64,000 nt of DNA, from IMG/VR virus record IMGVR_UViG_3300043446_002680, positions 7,950 to 71,949 of that record; one strand, given 5' to 3'. A program made the translations under genes and the position numbers. The notes beneath the pieces were generated by a model. The model was not told the DNA's origin and ran no database searches. It saw only the letters and a program-made list of their open reading frames with translations. This DNA comes from a virus. Shown piece after piece: positions 56,876 to 64,000 of the stretch. Numbering within the stretch: the first letter of the stretch is position 1; the number at the start of each line of letters is the position of its first letter.

Positions 56876-57794
56876 TGATTGCCTGTAGCAGTTGCGATTC
56901 GGTATTATCTATATTATACACAGAAGCCTTTTTTCTGAGTTCCATCGGTGATAAATTTGGAGTGCTGATTTCTCTAAAAGTTTGGTAAACCATAACACCA
57001 TCAAGATCTTTACATCCCCCCGAATCGTGTACATAAGGTTGACACCCACTGAGTAATGCTTCCACTGCAACCAACCCAAAATGTTCTGTTTGAGCTGGAT
57101 TAGTCCTTCCGTAACCAATGGCGTGAACCATAATCAAGGATTCAGCTAAATCGAGTTTGATTTCATCGCTGGATTTATTTCCCTTAAGAATAATCCTTGG
57201 ATCATTCTGTGTTAAAGTTTTTAAATAACTATAGTAATTATCACTAACTATTTTACCATGTAAAATTAAGGTTTCAAATTGGGATTGATTTTTAAACCAT
57301 TCAATAACAAGATGTTGATTTTTTGAATGCCCATCTTGTTCATAAAAATATTGCCCAACATTGATAACTTGATTTTTCTTAGGGAGGATATAAAACTTGT
57401 TTTGATTGAAGTAGGGAGAGATAATAGACGATTTCCCTTGGTATAGGTTTTGTGTTTGAGTTAAACAAAACTGATTCAAACAAAAAAAATTATTCCACCC
57501 GGTAACATTTTTCTCAATAGGATAGTAAATCAATTGAATATTAGTATTGCCCAATGGCTGAGTCCAACCACGGTAGTCAGCATATAAATGCAAATCAAAA
57601 TCCATTGAGCTATTTGCTAGTTCGATGTCATCGGCAGCTAGAGCAAAAGGAGTCTGCGGATTGACGTAATAGGTTGTATGATCAAACGTAACAATTCTAT
57701 AGTGCTTTTTTAAAATGTTCAGCACCATCATTACATAACTTCCGCCGCCGGTATAGTCTTTGTGTTGATTTGAAATAAGTAGTGTTTTTGTCAT
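56868..57794 (-). CDS. GT4-like glycosyltransferase
   Basis: EHFGLVAVEALLSG. Confidence 0.8.
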   Translation of the reverse strand: MTKTLLISNQHKDYTGGGSYVMMVLNILKKHYRIVTFDHTTYYVNPQTPFALAADDIELANSSMDFDLHLYADYRGWTQPLGNTNIQLIYYPIEKNVTGWNNFFCLNQFCLTQTQNLYQGKSSIISPYFNQNKFYILPKKNQVINVGQYFYEQDGHSKNQHLVIEWFKNQSQFETLILHGKIVSDNYYSYLKTLTQNDPRIILKGNKSSDEIKLDLAESLIMVHAIGYGRTNPAQTEHFGLVAVEALLSGCQPYVHDSGGCKDLDGVMVYQTFREISTPNLSPMELRKKASVYNIDNTESQLLQAINE

Positions 57795-58531
57795 GTTTGT
57801 TGTATTTGCTGATAGCAGTGTTCTAATAAATCTATATAATTTTTTTCTGCTAATAGTTCAAAAAAACGTTGATATTTACAAGAAGTTTTCCATACATGAT
57901 CGGGCATGTGTTCAATAATGTATTCTAATTGTGTTTTATTTAAAAATCTTACAGTGTTCCAAATTCCATGAAATCCAAAGGGGTTTTCAGCATCAATGTT
58001 TTCTACAGAAAATTGTTTAGCCAATGATGTTGGAGCAAATTTTATATTGTAGTTGGTTTCCAAATAAGGCCTAAATTCACGACAGATAGCAATGTCTTCT
58101 AATTCCCCTGACTTGCCGCCCAATTGAATACGCTGATCACGCAATGCAGATATTAGCCGATGAGATCTCAAGCTGAAACCGCCATTGCCTACTTGTGAAC
58201 CAGCAGGAAACCATGGCCATGGCGCTCCAATATAATCATAATTATAAAACTCATCAGTCCAAGCAGCACCATTAACCGCCATACCGTCAAATTGTATTAT
58301 TAATGCAAAATCGGTGTTGAGATGTAATCTTAGATGTTTTAAGATCAGTTCACTGTAGTCATAAACTGTGATCGATTTTTTAATCGACACAAAACGAGAT
58401 CCTGAATAAAAATCTTTGTCACTGAATACTATGATTTCATCAGGTGTGATATGTTGACAGGTTTGATCTATGGAAAATTTAGCTAAGTCGTGCTGTATAT
58501 TATCAACTATAACTAGACTTAATGAGGGCAT
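57791..58531 (-). CDS. DUF5672-like putative glycosyltransferase
   Basis: QFDG, YDYIGAPW, VGNGGFSLRS, ED. Confidence 0.75.
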   Translation of the reverse strand: MPSLSLVIVDNIQHDLAKFSIDQTCQHITPDEIIVFSDKDFYSGSRFVSIKKSITVYDYSELILKHLRLHLNTDFALIIQFDGMAVNGAAWTDEFYNYDYIGAPWPWFPAGSQVGNGGFSLRSHRLISALRDQRIQLGGKSGELEDIAICREFRPYLETNYNIKFAPTSLAKQFSVENIDAENPFGFHGIWNTVRFLNKTQLEYIIEHMPDHVWKTSCKYQRFFELLAEKNYIDLLEHCYQQIQQT

Positions 58532-59436
58532 TACATATCCTTTAAGGCCGCGGCAATATAGTCTTTGAGTTGATGCTTTGGTTCCCAACCAAACACTCTA
58601 CGCATTTTGGTATTGTCGGCCAATGTAATTCTACCTTCGCCAATTCTAGGAGGTATATGTTCTACCCGATCGGTAATCATTGCTGCAATTTGGTTGATTG
58701 AATAATTGTTACCTGTGCCCACATTATAAACTTGTCCTAGTTTATTTCGATCGACAGGTGTTACAGCAGCTAGTATGTTAGCTGCAACCACATCGGCAAT
58801 GTTAGTAAAGTCTCGGCGTTGTTCACCGTCGCCTACGATAGTCAATGGCAATCCTGCTTGATTTTGTTTTAAAAATAATCCTATTACAGGTGCGTACTTT
58901 CCCTTTAAGGGCTGACGATTTCCGTATACATTGAAATAACGCAGTGTCACAGTTTCTAGACCAAATATCTCGGTGTATAAATGGCAGAATTTTTCACCAC
59001 TGACCTTAGACACAGAATACACAGTCATGCAGTGGTCTGGTTGCGATTCTTCGTTGGGCGGCGTGTTCATACCATATGCCGACGATGTTGATGAATAAAC
59101 CACACGCCGAACACCTGCTTCTTTACTGCACTGTAAAACCGTACAAGTACCTAATGTATTATTTTTTACTGCTTGTAGTGGATTGTGAATACTGGGCTGT
59201 ATTCTAGCATCTGCTGCGACGTGAAACACATAATCAACGCCGTTATACAGCGACTTAGTACTTTCATAATCACAAATATCTAATTTATAATTTTTGGCTG
59301 CTGGATTCCAATAAAATTCTTCATTGGTTTCAGCTGATTCGTTGTCAACTACTGTTACTTCATGACCACTATGTATTAATTCATCAACTAAATTAGATCC
59401 TATGAATCCTGCGCCACCGGTAACCAAACATTTCAT
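58531..59436 (-). CDS. NAD-dependent sugar epimerase/dehydratase
   Basis: GGAGFIG, YSVSK, RYFNVYG, GDGEQRRDF. Confidence 0.92.
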   Translation of the reverse strand: MKCLVTGGAGFIGSNLVDELIHSGHEVTVVDNESAETNEEFYWNPAAKNYKLDICDYESTKSLYNGVDYVFHVAADARIQPSIHNPLQAVKNNTLGTCTVLQCSKEAGVRRVVYSSTSSAYGMNTPPNEESQPDHCMTVYSVSKVSGEKFCHLYTEIFGLETVTLRYFNVYGNRQPLKGKYAPVIGLFLKQNQAGLPLTIVGDGEQRRDFTNIADVVAANILAAVTPVDRNKLGQVYNVGTGNNYSINQIAAMITDRVEHIPPRIGEGRITLADNTKMRRVFGWEPKHQLKDYIAAALKDM

Positions 59437-59447
59437 TGAATGAGCCT

Positions 59448-60215
59448 TTAAGATTTCCAAAGTTCTGGAACGCTGTTCCATAGTGCATCGAAATCAATGT
59501 AAGGATCTTTGCCACTAAGTTCCATGATATGCAAAGCCAGACTGGGGATCGGGCTCAATAACATGACATCAGGTTTGTTCCATACCATATTTATAGTTTC
59601 ATTTTCGTCACGACGCAAAATCCATTCCGCTGCATCATCAAAGTGATTACGATACTTGTCGAAAATTTGTCTACTAGCCAAGCAGGTATAGGTGGTATGG
59701 TGAACAGTTCGATAATGTCTGTAAGGTCCTAATAATAGAAAACTTTGGTATATTTGTCTAGTGTACCGCCAAATATCATCGTGTGGATTAATAGCAATCA
59801 TTCGGTCAGGATTAGTATATCTATCCACCGTGTCAATCATGTCTTGTATGGCTGCAGGAAAATGCAAGTAATCATCTTCGACATGGTACCATAAATCAGT
59901 AGCTTTCTGTTCAACCAGCTGGTAAACTCGTTTACAAGTATGGCTAGCACCAGTACCAGCTTCTACAGAGATAAGCTCTGTGGGTACTGTGCAATAACCG
60001 AGGATACGTTGTATGTCTGCCAGACACTCGGGTGCGCTGTGGTCATCTAATACAAACAATTCAATGTTGTGATCAGAAACTTGGTTGATACTGTTAACAA
60101 GACTGCTTAAACAGCGATTAATAATATCAGGTTTGGTAGCTTGTACATAGCGTCCACCATTTAAAGCATAAACACGCCCACAGGTTCTAGCAATAATTGT
60201 TAGTTTTCTTTTCAT
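59448..60215 (-). CDS. GT2-like glycosyltransferase
   Basis: VLDDHS, HVEDDY. Confidence 0.75.
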   Translation of the reverse strand: MKRKLTIIARTCGRVYALNGGRYVQATKPDIINRCLSSLVNSINQVSDHNIELFVLDDHSAPECLADIQRILGYCTVPTELISVEAGTGASHTCKRVYQLVEQKATDLWYHVEDDYLHFPAAIQDMIDTVDRYTNPDRMIAINPHDDIWRYTRQIYQSFLLLGPYRHYRTVHHTTYTCLASRQIFDKYRNHFDDAAEWILRRDENETINMVWNKPDVMLLSPIPSLALHIMELSGKDPYIDFDALWNSVPELWKS

Positions 60216-60220
60216 GTTGG

Positions 60221-60994
60221 TTAAAAATATAAACTGTTCGGTTGATTCGGAAAGTAGCACTCGTTACGCTCTTTGGGCAAATCGCGTCGTTGTTCACACC
60301 CATAGGGAATACCCAAGCCAATAGCAATACTTAATGCCACGCTTTGATTTCCTAAGAACATTTTTGCTCCTGCAATAAGTTCAGCCAATTCTAACATGTC
60401 ATTCACTGGATAATAATCAATTTTCCAGCCTAAGTTTTTTTGAAATTGCTCATGCTCGTCGGGCAAACCTACAAAAATAGCTTGCTCAGGCACACCGTCG
60501 TCGGCTAGTGCGTCCCAGGATGGGTTATGTTCCATTGGAATCCAACGACTAGTACGATTAATCACATACTGTTTTCCTGGCAGCGCTCTCGGAGTTGATA
60601 CAGTTAACCACGGTCTAGTACGAATCTGGTTTTGTAGTTCAGGATCAGTGATTCCGTGTGCTTGACAATTAATGTCAACATAGTTTCCAGGATGCCTAAC
60701 AAACTCTTTTCTGAAAGCATCTAGATCATTGGTTATTTCAATCTCAGGTTGGTATCTATCAAATCGAGTAATGTATTCTTGACTTTCGAAAAAACTTTTC
60801 ATAAAACTAAAATCCTGCTCATTCATCCTACCTCGATGGAAAGGTATTGGTGATCTTCCATAATAATGGTTACTGATATGATCGATATTGTTCATGTGCA
60901 AATAAAATTCCCCACCGCCTTGATATTTCATCACTGCCAGTGAATAAATTATATCACCCAAAGTACCTGAATGTTTAAATGTTTTAGTTTTCAT
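60221..60994 (-). CDS. GT9-like (heptosyltransferase-fold) protein
   Basis: GTLGDII, FLGNQS. Confidence 0.65.
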   Translation of the reverse strand: MKTKTFKHSGTLGDIIYSLAVMKYQGGGEFYLHMNNIDHISNHYYGRSPIPFHRGRMNEQDFSFMKSFFESQEYITRFDRYQPEIEITNDLDAFRKEFVRHPGNYVDINCQAHGITDPELQNQIRTRPWLTVSTPRALPGKQYVINRTSRWIPMEHNPSWDALADDGVPEQAIFVGLPDEHEQFQKNLGWKIDYYPVNDMLELAELIAGAKMFLGNQSVALSIAIGLGIPYGCEQRRDLPKERNECYFPNQPNSLYF

Positions 60995-60999
60995 ATAAG

Positions 61000-61491
61000 T
61001 TAACTTCTTTGTCCTACCACAGTGAAACTATGGTTTAAATCTCTACCGCTGCTAAAAATATTACAGTAGCCACGGTCTGCCATATAGTCGCTGACTATGT
61101 CAGCTGTTAACACATGCTGATGCTTACGATTGTTCCATGGGCGCCAGTATTCTTGATCATAGTGTGGCAAATATAAAAATAAAATTCCTCCAGGCTTGAT
61201 ATGTTCAGTCCAATAATCTAATGCCTGAACCCAGTCTGCTAAATGTTCTAGACAATGACTGCTGAATATGTAGTCAACTTGCCCCACAGGCAAGTTATAG
61301 GCATCGTAGCTGTCAGAAATCAAAGGATCAATGGGTATTGCGCCAGGATAAGCCCATTCGATTCTGTTACACCCGATGTCATAACCATACCCTTGACAAA
61401 AATACTTGGCAAAGGGAATAGCAAATTGACTGGCATGGCCAATGGTTTGAAACCATGGATATTTCTTATTCTTGTATTCAACTAAATCCAT
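61000..61491 (-). CDS. Class I SAM-dependent methyltransferase
   Basis: DIGC, SSHCLEH, KPGG. Confidence 0.8.
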   Translation of the reverse strand: MDLVEYKNKKYPWFQTIGHASQFAIPFAKYFCQGYGYDIGCNRIEWAYPGAIPIDPLISDSYDAYNLPVGQVDYIFSSHCLEHLADWVQALDYWTEHIKPGGILFLYLPHYDQEYWRPWNNRKHQHVLTADIVSDYMADRGYCNIFSSGRDLNHSFTVVGQRS

Positions 61492-61494
61492 GAA

Positions 61495-62322
61495 CTATAT
61501 CTTTTTATAACTGAATGTCAACGCTATGTCGTGCTGATATCTATTAAAATAGGTATGAGTAGGATCTAGCCAACTAAACAACCAATGATTGATATCACCT
61601 GGCTGTAAAGTCTTTAGTGTGCTTTCTGGATACTGTACCAGTACTACTCGAATATCAACTCCAGGATAACAACTGGCCATATGCCTAGGACCCGAATCAA
61701 CACCGATGAATCTACTGGCTGTGGCAATTTCTTTGATACTGTCCCAGTAGTCAATACCACGCAAGTCCACACTGTGACCACCCACTGGGCGATCAGTGAT
61801 ACTTCCAACTTGGTAAATCCTATAATTTTTATAGTTTTTAAGTATTTGATCAAGAATTTCTTGATCTAGAATCCTGACACAATCCTCGCCAAAGTTAAAA
61901 CGCACAGCTGGTTCTTTATCACGAGTACGATCACTACCAGCGGTGTTGACAATAATTTTGTCAGGCTCACGTTCAAGATCTTCATAGATATACAACCTCG
62001 GATGTCTGAGTACAGGATTATCTATGCCAATGTTAGTTGCCATATAGTGTGTTTGTCCGGCACTGACATTGGTTTTGTGTATGTTAAGATAATGCTGACG
62101 CTGGTCGGCAACACGATTATCAGGAATAACATCAATCGTTAATGCGTTAGATGGGCATTGACTTTCGTCCATATGAATCACATAAGGATTGTGCTTAAAT
62201 GCCCAAATTGCAGGATCAGTAATTATGCATTTTTCACCAGTGGCATGAAATATGTTTTCTGGTAATGCTGTAGTGCAGATTTGATCACCAATGTGTTTAA
62301 AGTAAAATTTTAACTTGAACAT
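61495..62322 (-). CDS. GT9-like glycosyltransferase
   Basis: HIGDQI, FIGVDSGPRHMA. Confidence 0.75.
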   Translation of the reverse strand: MFKLKFYFKHIGDQICTTALPENIFHATGEKCIITDPAIWAFKHNPYVIHMDESQCPSNALTIDVIPDNRVADQRQHYLNIHKTNVSAGQTHYMATNIGIDNPVLRHPRLYIYEDLEREPDKIIVNTAGSDRTRDKEPAVRFNFGEDCVRILDQEILDQILKNYKNYRIYQVGSITDRPVGGHSVDLRGIDYWDSIKEIATASRFIGVDSGPRHMASCYPGVDIRVVLVQYPESTLKTLQPGDINHWLFSWLDPTHTYFNRYQHDIALTFSYKKI

Positions 62323-62334
62323 GGATCCTGGTTC

Positions 62335-62484
62335 TTAGTTAGAATTTTTACTTTCTAAATATTCCTTGAGGACTTTAAGTGCTTTACGACTGGTATCGTA
62401 TACAAATTCTCGAGTTTCATCTTCAGTGGTAATAACCAAGATGAATCCATTAGCAGCACGACGGATTTCGATCGATTCGAACAT
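62335..62484 (-). CDS. 49-aa hypothetical protein (not in ORF track)
   Basis: AAGGA RBS; MFESIEIRRAANGFILV... Confidence 0.7.
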   Translation of the reverse strand: MFESIEIRRAANGFILVITTEDETREFVYDTSRKALKVLKEYLESKNSN

Positions 62485-62567
62485 GATTGATAGTCCTTAT
62501 AGAGTTGAGCTAGTGAACAAGTATAACAAATTGCAATACTTGACGTCAACCTAGATTTGGTACCTGA

Positions 62568-63722
62568 TTATCTTTTCTCTCGTGGTGCAGAAACTGCGTT
62601 GGGTTGGGCTGCGGTGCCAGGTGGACGAATTTTGGTTCTTTGACCGGTTACCACATTAGGCGCTGCCACTGGTGCAGCTGGTGCTGTGTCGGTTCCGGCT
62701 CTAGCAGCTCGACTGCCGGTGGGAGTGGCTACCCCACCTTTTGGTATGAGCATGACCTGTGGCATGGCTTCAGACTCTGGAGCATATACATAACCTTGTC
62801 CGGCTTTGGCATGACCACGCATGTCGCTGTAACTGCGAAAATACTGTGCTGTCTCGCTGGGGACATCTACCAACAATATACCATCAAAATCACTGTAGGC
62901 TTTGTAATTGTCGAACCCAACATCAAGTAAGGCATCTTGAATCCTGGCCACGTCGCCGTCTACCAAGGCACTGCTGTAATTGTTGTTGTTGACATGATTG
63001 AACAGGCCGTCGGCCATTTGTTTGGCTAGTTTTGGCAGTAGCTTTGGATCAATTTTGGGCCTAATATTCTGAACCCAATAGGTAAAATTCACACGAGCCG
63101 GTAGCTCTAATGGTTCTGAGTTTTTGCTTTTGGTCCAAGCGTTTTCTATAGCTTTGCGTATTCCAGCCATGTCGATAGTGGCTTTTCTGGCATTGATCCA
63201 ACGGCCGCCATTGACCACACGGGCTTTGACTTCAACCGCTAGTTTATTGACCTGGATATCGCCTCCGCCGCCGGCACGACCACTCCAGCGTATTTTAGGA
63301 CTTAGCACTGCAAAGGCCACTTCGCAAGGTCCCACACCTTGGCTAACAAGTTGAGTGCTTAGTATTTTAAACAAGTCCAATGCCAATGGACTATTAATGA
63401 ATTCTTTATAATTATGCTGTTGCCCATCCAATAACAGATCAGTGTTGATAAATCCTGTGCTGTAATTTTCTAAAAAAGCCATTTTTTCGCTGTTGCTATT
63501 GTCCATATTCATGATTACTCTGGCAATAGATTCGGCAAATTTACTAGCATCAGCATCCTTACGCAGTATTTCACGTAAACGAACAGGCAGATCACCTACT
63601 GTAAGAGTGTTTAAGATTTTTTGCAATAGTTGAGTATCATCGGTTTTCTTAACCGCATCAATTATTTCTTTTTTAAGTGCAGGATCCTCAAATATATCTA
63701 TGAATTTACGTAAGTTGGTCAT
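62568..63722 (-). CDS. Putative PD-(D/E)XK nuclease-fold protein, probable virion component
   Basis: GPCE...GDI...VEVK; TAAATA box upstream. Confidence 0.7.
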   Translation of the reverse strand: MTNLRKFIDIFEDPALKKEIIDAVKKTDDTQLLQKILNTLTVGDLPVRLREILRKDADASKFAESIARVIMNMDNSNSEKMAFLENYSTGFINTDLLLDGQQHNYKEFINSPLALDLFKILSTQLVSQGVGPCEVAFAVLSPKIRWSGRAGGGGDIQVNKLAVEVKARVVNGGRWINARKATIDMAGIRKAIENAWTKSKNSEPLELPARVNFTYWVQNIRPKIDPKLLPKLAKQMADGLFNHVNNNNYSSALVDGDVARIQDALLDVGFDNYKAYSDFDGILLVDVPSETAQYFRSYSDMRGHAKAGQGYVYAPESEAMPQVMLIPKGGVATPTGSRAARAGTDTAPAAPVAAPNVVTGQRTKIRPPGTAAQPNAVSAPREKR

Positions 63723-63728
63723 GATATA

Positions 63729-63989
63729 TTATTTAGTGCGTAAACCGTCAATTAGGTCAGTGTGCAGTAAATGCTTGATCTTACGATAAGCCAGTTCGAA
63801 TTCATTGCAGGCCTGATCTAGTTCGCTATAATCACTATCAGCATATAGACCCAAGCGTATGCTGTTGGCCAAGCCATTCAGATTGTCTTTGTGTTCCTGA
63901 ATATCAACCACATGACGACAACTGCGACTGCTTTTTATAGCGTCCCAGAGGTCTAATAGCCGTTGTGCTCGGTGTTCAGTTCGGGTCAC
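63729..63989 (-). CDS. Hypothetical protein
   Basis: GTG-start ORF at the window edge. Confidence 0.55.
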   Translation of the reverse strand: MTRTEHRAQRLLDLWDAIKSSRSCRHVVDIQEHKDNLNGLANSIRLGLYADSDYSELDQACNEFELAYRKIKHLLHTDLIDGLRTK

Positions 63990-64000
63990 ACTGAATAGTC

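Noticed and set aside
1-64000. Stop-codon reassignment
   Set aside because: Core genes are intact in code 11, TAG and TGA end real genes, and no suppressor anticodon was found.

Overview
64-kb fragment of a T4-like jumbo (huge) phage genome, standard code 11, almost entirely on the minus strand. Positions 1.5-5.6 kb hold an array of 22 CCA-encoding tRNA genes, several structurally non-canonical, mixed with unannotated structured RNAs, an HNH endonuclease and a BPL-N-like gene. Next come early and replication genes (metallophosphoesterase, ATP-dependent DNA ligase, GIY-YIG, SleB hydrolase, PAAR-M15, glutaredoxin, nrdAB, exonuclease, DnaB-type helicase, primase, a miniature DnaE-like protein, UvsW, AAA ATPase). 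The rest is virion and tail-fibre genes, a split helicase/methyltransferase cassette and a 10-kb glycosyltransferase/nucleotide-sugar island. The strongest novel signal is upstream of the tRNA array and missing from the ORF track: a 42-codon leader ORF (5802-5930) whose first 31 codons use 19 of the 20 amino acids and whose 3' end can pair with and disrupt an intrinsic terminator. This is a candidate ribosome-coupled attenuator that would switch on the phage tRNA array when translation stalls. All assignments were made by eye from motifs; no searches or folding programs were run.
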